DNA of 64,000 nt from Novakomyces olei (Eukaryota), in assembly GCA_016906335.1 (NCBI GenBank), contig JADEYG010000012.1:186001-250000 (forward strand), given 5' to 3'. The position numbers and the translations under genes were made by a program. The notes under the pieces are model-generated. The model was not told the origin of the DNA. It did not search any database and was given only the letters and a program-made list of their open reading frames with translations. Positions 11,799 to 23,567 of the stretch are shown here, piece by piece (position 1 is the stretch's first letter; every line of letters begins with the position of its first letter).

Positions 11799-12952
11799 AT
11801 GGTGTTGCAGCATTTAGTTCTGTCGCTCATTGCTCTGTTTTGCGCGGTGCAGACGGCCATTGCCGCCGACAAATGGACGTTTACTGATGGAAAAGTAGCA
11901 ATTGAAAACGGCCAAGGATCGACGCGAAAAGCGTCTGGGTAAGTTTTAGTTTGGGCAATGACGCTTCGCCTTGCTGACTATGGGCAGTCTGTTCACCGAC
12001 GCGCGACTGGACGACCTGCATATGGCACAGACGGATATATTCACGGTCAGTCTCACGGCTGCGCGAAGCGAGTCCGGGCCGGAAAGACCTCATCAGGCTT
12101 TCCTTATTATTGAGGACCGCGACAAACGGCTCCAGAGCACTTTGGCCATGAGCGTCAAGCTCGATGGGAAAGCTAGCACCTCTTTTGTACGTCATGAATT
12201 GCGTTTGATAAGGCATTGTAGTTTTAAATCTGGTCTAACGACAGGGGATGTCGGAACTTCCGCTGCCTTTATTGCATGCAGAGCACCCACTGACAGTCTC
12301 GGTAGCTTTAGCCTCGATGGGAGATGCTGAACCTTTTGCTCGTGAAATTATCGCTTTTACTCCTACAATTGATCCGTCTGGGCCGTTTGCGCATGCACCA
12401 AGTCCCGTGAAATACGGACCCAAACCCGCGATTTCTCATCTATTTCAGCCTTCTATTTCTATGCCCAATCGCATTGTGTCCGCTGTATTTGCCGGGGCTA
12501 ATTTGATTGCACTGCTGTTTCTGGGCGGCTTGGTAAGCATGCTTTCATCACGTCTTTTTATTTGATCCTTTCTTTTTTAGTTTTAAAATTTTTTGTTCCT
12601 TCAAACCGATCTATTTTTTTTTTCAAGATTATTATTCCATTTTGTCCTTGGCCTCGGTGCATTTCATATGGCTACGGACCGATGGTTTCGTGCCCTGTTA
12701 CATTGAAGCTAATCTTAGTGGCTTTCTCTTGGAGCAAACGTCAAAGATGCGGGCTCGGCTCTTTCAAAAGCACCAGTTTCGTTCACATTATTCATTTCGT
12801 CTGTGTTTGCAATTGAAGGGCTTCTCTTCTTATACTGGCGATCACTCATCTTGCCTCAGCTTCTAATGTTTTCTGCGCCCGTGAGTGTGGTTGCATTTTT
12901 CGCTGGCCAGAAAGCACTGCGGCACGTACAGCAGAATCGACTTTCTCACTAA
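11799..12952 (+). CDS. SWP1: Oligosaccharyltransferase subunit ribophorin II/Swp1; 4 exons
   Basis: Signal peptide, RPHQAFL, YGPKPAISHLF, then three TM segments with IEGLLFLYW and FAGQKALR. Introns at 11939-11987, 12187-12244 and 12533-12718. Stop at 12950-12952. Confidence 0.88.
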
Positions 12953-13557
12953 TGCACCTTTGAACAGCAAAGGATCTATTATGGTGCGGACATAGACTGA
13001 TGCTGTCAGACGATTTAATATGATATCGCAAAATAAACACTTAGTGCTCTTTCGTGAAAGGCGAGGAACATCACAGGCAAGGCATAGTACCTCGCTAAGA
13101 AACAAAGAAACATTGATTTTTTCAATACCATATAATATGATAGTTTTATGGAACATTGTTTGCTATTAATGCTTGTAGAATGTTGCTGTGTCTGGTTTTT
13201 GATCGAATTTTCTGGTAGAAGCAATAGAACCTGTCGTTTAAGTTCGATTATGCGACAATAGTATATATAATATAGTATTGAGCAAACCTATCAATGTCGC
13301 TTGTCATTTAGTGCCATCATTCATACGGATTGCACGAGTTTGATAGCTTGTACAATCTTTTATCATACACATCATTCATTGTCTGCCCGCATTTTTGCCC
13401 TAAAATGACTCATCGCTAAATAATGTAATAGTGATAGCATGGTGAGCTGAACCCGCGACTTTACATGAAACTGAGAAATGGTCAAAGATCAAGCACAAAA
13501 TATTTGCTGCTAGTTAAAAACTCCAAAATTCAACTATGCTAAAAATTCTAAATTCCA

Positions 13558-14483
13558 TCAACTTGATTGAGCGGCAAGTCTTGGAGAGCGACATAGACTT
13601 GGTATTTCAGATAAGTTCTGACCTTCGCCTCCGATCGAAAATCCTGATCTTATTTCTGGCAACTCTTGAGACTCTCCCGCGCCCGAGGGAGAGCTTATAG
13701 TCTCAATAGCATTGCTTATCCATAGACCCTGGCTAATACGCGCATCAATTTCTGCTTCTCCCACAAGTCGGTATCCACAATTGGCCGTTAGAGCGATTAA
13801 AAACGTAAGCCCATTGTTCGCAATAGCAATAAGAGTGTTGTTAAACGACGAAGCCATCGTATGCTTTCCAGTCGCCGAAAGATAAAATATGTTTAAATAA
13901 ATTGAAGCGCAATAGAATGATCCCCCCAAATTCAAATACTGGGTGCTTCCCATGTACGACGCGATCGCCCCCACCGCCAGCCCTCCAAACGCAGAAGCCC
14001 AAACTGCTTGTAGGATCCTCGATTGGGGTATTCGTTCACGAAGCACAATACATAAAATTGCCGAGAAGTATATCGTTATACAGCACCGAACGGATATCAA
14101 CAATACATTTTCCCTGTATATTGCTCCCAGAACCTCGTCCGACAAAAGCAAAACGAAAGAGGCAACAAGTATCGGGAGTATGACCTTGAGACTTAAGCCT
14201 CCTGAGAAGTTAGTAATAGTCTGGAAAATTAAGGGCAGATGCTTACGCGGCCGCGTGCGTTCGTGGTCTCTGATTTCTGTCTCTGCTATTGTGCAACCTT
14301 TGGGTGTTAGTATACATCAATAAATGCACTCGTACCTTCCTCAAAGCCGTGCGACTGATAGTCTGGTGGAAACAGCGATTTGGCCTCATCGCTCTCCAAA
14401 TCGGGAGTTGAGCTCCTTTCCACTGCTGTCCATAAAGGCCTCATAATACCAATAGCCTCAATATTCTTTGATCCCGATTCCAT
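13558..14483 (-). CDS. Hypothetical multi-pass membrane protein; 3 exons
   Basis: ATG at 14483. Canonical introns 14298-14335 and 14202-14246, both with TACTAAC, join into the 197-aa hydrophobic ORF. No family recognised. Confidence 0.65.
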
Positions 14484-16152
14484 ATCGCTCAAAAAACAGA
14501 TTTGCATGTGACATTTATCCCACGTGACCAGCTATTAATTCTAGCCTTTTTTCGCCGCAATGTTGGCCGATCAACATATAGCAATAAGACGTAGAAAACC
14601 CTGTCGATATTATTATGGCGAAAATTAAAACGCTTGGCTAGCATTCGCATATATTAAAAAAAATAAATAAATTTAATTAGAAATTACATGCAGGGTTAGG
14701 GTCAGTTGGGTGGCATGATATCGCTGCGAGTAGTCTAGCCTATCAAAAAATCTGTGGTCAGTTCGCCATCGCTGATTTTTGCTATTGATTCAACGAGTCA
14801 ATGCTTGGTTCATATATTTTATTTTTATTTTCGTTTTGCAATTGGTTTTCCAATGATTAAAATGTAGATTTAATCCACCTGTCTTGGACACACGTCTGTA
14901 GAATAAAAACAATAACGATGGATGGGCAGATTAAATTTATCTTCGTTTGAATTCATTTTATCTACTTTATATTTTAGTTTTACTCTTTTGATTACAATTG
15001 GGTGCGATCAATTTCAGCCGCAGTTTAAACAAAATGCCAGATTTCATTATTTCTCTATTCGATACAATACTGCTGTAAGATTACTTTTAACTCGAATGAC
15101 ATTTATGAAAACAGATTTCACGTGTCATCTGTATACGGAAATGGTCTTTTGAACAGTCTCGGCCAGTCAAACGACCAGAGTCTTCTGCCAACAAGCATTT
15201 TAGAGATCATCACTAATTCACAGCTATACGTTCAATTACAATTATAGTGTTTCTTACTAAATCTTTTAGCTCTAAAATTTGTGCTCCGGCATGCAGACGC
15301 AATCAGTCGTCCACAAAAACAAAATTGGAGAATTGATTTTAAACTCAATATAAATAAAAGCGACTGCTCTATCTAAAATTCGAGATGCAATAACGCTCAA
15401 GCGTTGACTAATACAAGTTAAATGTTGAATAAGCTCTGAAATATGTCACAAAAAAAAGACACCTCGGTTAGTGCTGAGGTGTGCGTCTTGGGTTAATGCG
15501 CCTCTTTCCCCTTTTCGCTCGATTTCCTTGGGTGCTTTATTATTGTATTGCACCTCAGATTTAACGTTATTCTGATCAGTTTTGCCTCTATTTTCTTTAC
15601 AATTCTTGCTTACTCATAATTATGCCCACTCTCATTACTGTACACAATTTCACCACGCTATCTGATTTTCAAGTTATGCACTCGCGCGTGATCTGTGTTT
15701 CCTGTCCATTTTCAGTCATATTGCGCCCTTCAAATCGTCTTTTTCCGGTGACTAGGATCCTTTCTCGCTTATTGAACCTGTTCCCTTTCCCTTATTATTC
15801 TCTGTGCAAACTGCGCATCAATTGCCCTTTTCTATCAATAATCCTTATGCTCTGTCAGATAAAAACGTCTTTCTTTCAGGCCTGACCTTGCGCTCTTGGA
15901 AAATTTGACCCCACCCAGAAGGCCTAAAAAATTGAAAACGTCTCGTAAACAATGACGGATAAAAACAGATGCTTCTTAATGCCATCTCCACCCTCCCCAG
16001 TACGGTGCGATTATTAACTTATACACTCCGTCCCCGTTGAAGGAAAGTGCAGAAAGCAATTTTAAGATACAAACGAGCCAGATACTATCGTATTATTCCA
16101 TAAACAGTATATCAGAATTGCATCGGTTTTAGCTTTCTGTTCGAAAGCTTAG

Positions 16153-16160
16153 TATAAATA
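16153..16160 (+). promoter_or_regulatory. Candidate TATA box (TATAAATA) of the aquaporin gene
   Basis: Consensus TATA about 100 nt upstream of the ATG at 16255. Confidence 0.5.
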
Positions 16161-16254
16161 CTCATGTCTCCAGTGAACATGCAATAAGAGCACTCAACTC
16201 TAGCAAAAAGGATATAGCTATATGACATAGCCATTGATTGGTTAATTGGCAGTA

Positions 16255-17573
16255 ATGGTGTTCAGCAAAACACTGCGACACGAGAGCATTGCCTTCCTCG
16301 GCGAATATGTTGGCACCACTCTTTTCCTTTATTTTGCTTTTATGGGAGTCAAAGTTGCAAAAGCTGGTCAACTTAATGACGATGCTTCTGTGCAATATGG
16401 CCTCACGAATCAAACACTTATCTACATTTCCGCTGGCTTTGGGCTCTCGTTACTCGTCACTGTTTGGGTCTTTTTTCGTGTGTCTGGAGGAGCATTCAAT
16501 CCTGCTGTAACTCTGTAAGCTTTTTGTTTAACGTGACTTTACTTACTCAGCAGCACACTGTACCTTGTTGGCGCTTGTCCTCCAGTACGCTCAGTCATTA
16601 TCTTTGCAGCACAAATGTTGGGTGGCATGACGGCCGCTGGACTCACTGCAGCTTTGGTACGATTTTATTCCCTTCGTAAATGGTTTTGCCAATTGTGAAC
16701 TTGATCCAAGTTATTGGAAATTGAATATCGGTTTCCAAAATGATTGCCTATTTGTTTGGTTAATTTTTCGGAAACACCTTGTCGGTATTTTGAATACCAG
16801 TCTCTGACTTAGATTTGTGCTCTACCTTTTCCTGAACGTTCTTGCAAATTGCCCCTTTTTTTCTAGAAACTGACCTTTGATGATAATCCCCCTTTCTGAA
16901 CTTGATACAAATATTTCTAACGAAATAGACCCCCGACAGATTGGACAACTTTGGAGACTCTAATGGAGCAGGTGCGTTTGTAAATTCACTAACACCGGGT
17001 GTCAATAAAGGCCAAGGTCTCTTCATTGAAGCATTTGGCACTTTCGCTCTCTGCTTTTGTGTGCTCATGACAGCAGCAGAAAAGCAAAAAGCCACTTTTG
17101 TGGCTCCTATTCCGATCGGCATTACTCTCATGCTAATCCATATGATCTGTGTCCTATGGACTGGGTGCGGAGTCAATCCAGCCCGCTCATTCGGACCATC
17201 GGTAGTAGCACACCATTTCCCCCACGAGCACTGGATTTATTGGGTGGGCCCTTTGATCGGCTCACTCCTTGCCGTTGGCCTTTATATCGCTCTCAAGGCA
17301 CTTGACTACACGGAAGTCTCTGGAACTCAAGACGTTGCAGTCTCTGACGGTGTCCTTCGCACACCGTGGCTTGGAACGTACCGTCCGCGCACGTACCATG
17401 ACACCTCCTCAGCAGAGCAATTGCCCTCCAAGGACGATAGCAGTCACTTGAGTCCGGCACTGGACTCGTCAGGATTAGATACGCAAATCAACCAATCTAG
17501 TCTCATCTCTCCCGGCTCACAGGCAGTTGGAGGTATTGCCAACAACTTTACCGAGACACAGGCTCGCTCTTAG
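16255..17573 (+). CDS. Aquaporin (MIP family, orthodox water-channel type); 3 exons
   Basis: GEYVGT, SGGAFNPAVT, TGCGVNPARSFGP and HWIYWVGP. Introns at 16515-16550/16553 and 16657-16928. Confidence 0.95.
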
Positions 17574-18385
17574 ATTTGGGAGGTATTAGCTGCTTATCAC
17601 TTGATAGTAGTAATCGTAATACAGTATTTTTGGCAGTAAAAATTTAGTGCTATCAAAATCAAAGCGGCCATAGCAGGTAATGTTCCTTGACAAATATACC
17701 CTCAACCAACACAATGCGCTCAGTTCACATGTAGTGGCTGCGGCTTAGAGGGTATTAGTTTTGCAGTGCTTTCTTTCTACATCAATTGCAAACGCTCAAA
17801 GACTCGTACCCAACAATTACAAAGTCAAAAGAAAGCAGTAATGGCCATCTCCTTTTCAAAGTAACGGGTAGCGCGAACGCGCATTAATTCTGGTAGACGT
17901 CCCGAACGACAGAGACAATAAAGAATTAAATTAGTTTGCGATTTGATCATTATCGAATTTTAGCTGAAAAGCAAATAAAGCTAAAACATTTGCCAATGGA
18001 CGCACTGATCCTGCACAGCTGTCCGTTTTGTTTCGTTTCATTTCGTTGTAGAGAACATTTCCAAATGTTTGGCTTCCAATAAATTCTCTGGTCGTAATAA
18101 TTCCTATTTGTAGATCAGATCTAGCCATTACGCTGGAAAGTCGTCGTATATTATATATACAATCCCTGGGTTATCGTTGCATAGCTACAGCAGTTAGGGT
18201 TTATAATTATACTGCTAATGTCAATATTAGGGTTATCTTTCTGCATGGTTGAATCTGGCCTTAACGAACGCCAATAATCGTAATATTATGGCGACATGTC
18301 AGCATTGTATCGATAAAACGGCTACTTGAAGCAGCGCGCTCTGCGTGGCAGAAGCTTTCTATCATAGACTTTAAAGTTGCCACTG

Positions 18386-19345
18386 ATGGATCGGCGCCTT
18401 AATTTTCTGTCGGCATCGCCTGGCGCAAACTTGTCTGGGCACTCGCTACTTTCAATAAGCCCAATGCCCTCGTCGAGCCCACTGTACTCTGCGACTGAGC
18501 GTGGGGGCTGAGCGTGAGGGCTCTCGCGACGGGAATCCTGTCTCCTCACCACGTGAGCTTCGGAGCAGTCTAGGTGGGAAGCCGTTCAAGACCCCGTACT
18601 CGCTTGTTGACGTGTGGCGATTGTGGAGACACGATGCTCTAATGCAATACCAGTTTGAAACCGCGTCATTTGTTGGTGAAACTGTGCTCGCTCTTACAGG
18701 TAAGTAGCGGAAAAGACGGGTATAGAAAATAGAGAATAAAAAATAAAAATAAAAATAAAAATAAAAATAAAAAATAAATTAAAACTAAAATTAAAAAATT
18801 AAAAAATTAAAAAAAAAATATACACGGAAGGAAAACTACATAATAAAATGAAGAAAAGAAAAGGTACACAATTTCTTACGTTTAGAGGACAGCAACGATG
18901 CCTTTTGGCTAGCACAGGTCTACTATTCTATGAGCATGTATGCAAGGGCAAAAGCTTTACTTGAGCGCGATGGACTTGGACAGACCAGTAGTGTATGCTG
19001 CTGTCTCTTAGCAAAATGCCTGGTATGTGTCTGACAAAAGAATTAATAAAAAAGGAACTAGAGAAAATCAATGAAATCTTGAAAAAATTGGAAGAAAATA
19101 ACAAAATAAATATAAAAACAATGGGAAAAGAAAAGAAAAAGCAAAGAAAAAACAATATGATAAGAACCTGAAATGATAAATTACGATCATAATGCTAACT
19201 TTAGATTGGAATGATGGAATGGAAGCAGGTAATTGACCTTATTGGCGAAATATCAAAGCCTTCCGCACCCTTGACGAGCGAGTCGGCAAATGATACTGGA
19301 GGCATCCTGCGAATGCAGGCAATTGGCAACGAAGTATTGCCTTAA
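18386..19345 (+). pseudogene. CDC16: Frameshifted, truncated APC/C subunit CDC16/cut9 (APC6) copy
   Basis: Spliced pieces read RLWRHDALMQYQFETASFVGETVLALT-EDSNDAFWLAQVYY...ARAKALL...CL-IGMMEWKQVIDLIGE...DTGGI, matching the Cut9/Cdc16 N-terminus as I recall it. There is a +1 frameshift at the G5 run (18503-18507) and a TAA at 19343-19345, before the TPR superhelix. Confidence 0.8.
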
Positions 19346-20673
19346 AGGCGGCAATAAAGGACTCGAGATTGATACCCTTACTAGAGCTGTACATACGGGA
19401 GGGGGAAACATGATGAATAGTTTAATATATTTCATTCCCTCGCGATAAGAATTGGTCAAACATTTGTCTGCAGTTTTTAAATTGATTAATTAATAATTAA
19501 TTAATTAATTTATTTATTTATTTTGTTTAGTCTTTAGAAATTGATTTTATTATGATTAAACAACGAAAAAGAAACGACAAACTCAGCTATGAAACAGTGC
19601 AAATATCGCCGGATTTTATTTTGTTGCCACCTCCATCTGCTCGATTGACGTCTTTGTGAGATAAAAGACAAGGCATCCATTCCGTCTCTGCGATACAGTA
19701 ATATGCTGTAAATTCTGTAAAGTCTTCGTTTCACTAATGTGTAGACGAAGGCACAGAAGCGTAAAAGTCAGCTCATTCCAGGTGCGCAATCAAAGTAAAT
19801 TAATGGCCTTTTCCTCTTCAATTGTTTGGCAGAGTTCTTTCCCCAGACTGTACACTGACTTGGAGAAAGATGGAATAGAACGCACGCAGTAAAATTATAT
19901 ATATACAAATATATAATATCAACTTCTTCACAGTATCGACGTATTCGCAATCCCGGCACAAAAGAGGCTAACATCAATGGAAAACGAGCAGAGAAGCTGC
20001 CGTAACGGGGCGAGCCTCTCTCTCACATCTAGGCGCTCAAACTTTGGAATTAAATAAGGACGGCAGGTACGAAGGCTAAGCAACACGTTAAAATGATTGG
20101 GAACATAAAGAAAGCGGGGTAGGTAATTATATAATAGATGTAAATTGATAAACTTTGTTTAAGACGTAAAAGACAAACGCGCAAAAACAAGAACGAATTT
20201 AACTTAATATTCGAGTTTTCAATTTGGCAAAAGTCCATTTGCCATCTGTCCTTGAATTCAAAAAGTCACAAACAAGAGAACAAACAGATAATATCTCAAC
20301 GGAAAAAAATACAAAAACGGTAAATTGATAAACAAACAGAATTAAACTAAATTAAATTAAATAAAGTTAAATTAAATTAATATAAATAAATAAATAAATG
20401 AATGAATGAATAAATGAATAAAACAAAACGAATGAAAGAAAACACGTGATGTATGAGTCCGCTTTGCCCTTCAATATTGATAAACGTCCATCGACGGAGC
20501 GAGTATTGTTGGCAGAGCTAAAGTCTAAAAGACGAGGCGGCGGACAAGCAAGTGGGCCACATTGGCGACAACAAGGATAAAGCATAGGAGAATAATTGCC
20601 CAAATAAACACATGAATCCAAACTGGACCTTGAACAGCGCAATAATGACCAGTGGCGCCGAGTACTGCTCCCA

Positions 20674-22488
20674 CTATGAAGCATGGCAGCAAGAGCAAAG
20701 CGACGCCCAAAACCCTTTAGGAGCATTCTCTCTATCAGCCTCGTTGCCCTGGGCAGCAGCAGCGTTCCGCAAGTCGCCCTGCGAGTTTGGCTGAGCATAA
20801 TTGGCTCTTGCATTCGCACCAGAATTAACAGCATTAGGGGCTGACTGGGGTGCTGCATCCATCCCCTGGTTAGCTCCGTATCCGCCATGTCCAGCGGCAG
20901 CACTGTTTCCATTATAATCGCCATAGCGATGCTTATGATTAGTACCGGGACCTCTCTCGGCCTTGTCCCGGCGGCCTTTCCCTCCAGCACTGGCCATTGC
21001 TGCTCCAGTATTGCCTACTGTGCCCTGCTGCTGCTGGTGAGCAGCGCCACGTGACTGCTGGTGCCGGGAAGGCAGTTGCTGGTGCCTGAGTTCCATGTTG
21101 GACGGCTGAGTCTGCTGCTGAGCATTGCCTTGCTGAGCAGCTGCATTGTTCTGCTGCTGCTGGGCGACAGGATACTTTTTCCGTGCAGAAGCTTCCCAGC
21201 CCTTGCCGTTGTTCAACAGCATCCAGTCGTACACGCCATCCTCCACTTCCCCGGTGCGTTTTAGAGCATTAGTGAAAAGGCCACGAAGGTAGTCATAGTC
21301 TGGCGTATCCTCGAACCCAAGGTTGCGCACAATTGTCAGGTACTGCTGAATCTCATCGGGAAAACCCTCACACAGATCGTGGATGGCAGTTGTCTGCTTT
21401 TTCTCCCCAATTTTTTCGTATTTTTGCTTGTTTGTGGCTGCGCGCAGACCTTGCCAGGGCAGTCCGCCCCTCAGAAAGTACATAAACACATGGCCCAGGG
21501 CTTCAAGGTCATCCCTGCGCGACTGCTCTCGGCCCAAGTGCGTGTTGATGCTCATATAACGCGCTGTTCCAGAAAGGCTTTTGCGTTCACGGTAGGGGAT
21601 GTGCGTCCGTGTTTTAGGATCACGATACTGTTTCGCCATACCGAAATCAACGACGTGAATAAGGTTCGCGTTCTTGGTTCCGGAACGGCCAATCAAAAAG
21701 TTGTCCGGTTTGATATCGCGGTATATCAGATTCTTGTCATGGATCGTTTGTACCCGTGTGAGCTACCGTGTTAATTTAAAGATATATAAAAAAGTAAAGC
21801 GTAAAAGATGAATGAAAACGTCAAACATGGATATTAAAAAGCATATAAAATAAAAAGGTATAAAAACAAAAATTCAGCGGCAATAAAGGAGGTGTCATCG
21901 CCAAAGACCACTGTAGAAAATGAACAATGTGCAAACAAAAAAAAAAAAGCGGTAGCAAGCACATTTTCTGCGCATATTCACGAGCAATAATAACCAGAAT
22001 TGAACCGTACCATTTGCTTTGCCACCATAACCACAGTCTTGAGGGTAAACTTTCTTCCGCACCAATCAAACAGATCCTCCAAGCTCGGCCCGAGCAGATC
22101 AATGACGAGGATATTGTGCAGACCCTCGTGGCCAAAGTAGTAGACATTGGGGATACCGACGCAGCCGGCGAGCAGTTTGTATGTCCGGTACTCGTCGCGC
22201 AGCTGAGGCGCATCGCTCTTGCGAGGTTCCTGGCTCAGTTAGTCGACAGCAAAACTAAGCAAAAGCTCTGCTCCTAATTGCCTCCGGCGGACATTAGGAG
22301 CAGCTGGCCAATCAAGAATTGTGGCACTATTTCAAGGAGGCACGTACGAATTTTATAGCCACTTGCTGATTGTTGAGGAGATTGACGCCCTCGAAAATCA
22401 CACCAAACGAGCCTTCACCAATTTTGCGGCCAACGCGGTAGTGGACGCCGACAACGTTTGAATTGTTGACGCTGTTTGCGGAGCTCAT
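20674..22488 (-). CDS. Casein kinase I, membrane-anchored Yck1/Yck2/Cki type; 3 exons (22488-22348, 22229-22011, 21762-20674)
   Basis: [35 protein letters not shown], Gln-rich tail and C-terminal CSCC palmitoylation-type motif. Confidence 0.96.
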
Positions 22489-22698
22489 GGCTCGCGCGAC
22501 GCCCGCTTTCCAACGGCGTAAAGGCAATAAATGGCACGGAGACTGTGTGGTGCTACTGTTATTCTTGTTATTCTTGTTATTCGTGAATATTGTGTATGTA
22601 AAACACACTCAGTCTGTACTCACACTGCGCCCTGCACATACTGCGTTTTATATACACCATTCCACGCTGTATATTGTGTATATATCTACGTATATATT

Positions 22699-22730
<32 letters not shown>

Positions 22731-23567
22731 GCGACAGCTGTAGAACGTACCGCCGCCAAGTGTATAGGTAAATTTATGGTTAGTTAGTGTATAGGTGTAG
22801 GTAACGTATGCCACGTTAATGTTTGTATGAGTGGGCTCTTTAGTATAATAAAAGTTGCATTTGCTATACGAGCATTATTACATTGAAATTATTGCTTGGC
22901 TGCGCTTAGTATTGCTTGACTGCGCTGTTGGTACGGGGATTTTATATTTTAAACATAACCACAGACGGCCCTCCTACATTATCGTTCGCTATAGGGTGAG
23001 AGAGTAGCGATGCTTTGCATTGTAATACGCTAACAACACGTTCGTCTACGATGAATACACCAGAAACCGTCCTTCGTTTTTTTTGGTGTAATTTTCGATT
23101 TATTTTTGACGGCTCTGTATTCTCCAACCGAAATTAGCCTTTGCGACAGCGATTCTCGTTTATTTGTCTTTCTCGCTTATGTGTCTTTCTCGTTTATGTG
23201 TCTGTCCCTCACTAATTTAGTGTATCACGATTAATGTACTACTTACTACAAGGGCACTGCTATGTGTGCTAACGGTCCAAAGCCCAACTGTTCCTGAATG
23301 TTTTTTAACTTGCTATCAATAGTCTATACAAACGCTCTAAACCCAGATTCCCTACCCCTCCTGTTCCTCCTGCCCCTGCCCCTCCTGCCTATCCCTTACC
23401 TTCTGATTGTATCGACTCCGGATTCACGCGTTCCTCCATTATTAAAGAGTATATTACCACGAGAACTCGGCATGTTGTTTGATTCAAACAAACCACAAGT
23501 CGAAATAAAAGATAAATAAATAAATAAATAATATTTGAAATCAACAAATAAATTGCAGCATAGCGCT

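Noticed and set aside
14692..14710. Interstitial telomere repeat
   Set aside because: Only one or two TTAGGG-like units. Better treated as a possible factor-binding site than a telomere.
19540..20040. Further exons continuing CDC16
   Set aside because: Some splice-like signals exist, but no frame gave TPR-like Cdc16 sequence I could recognise.
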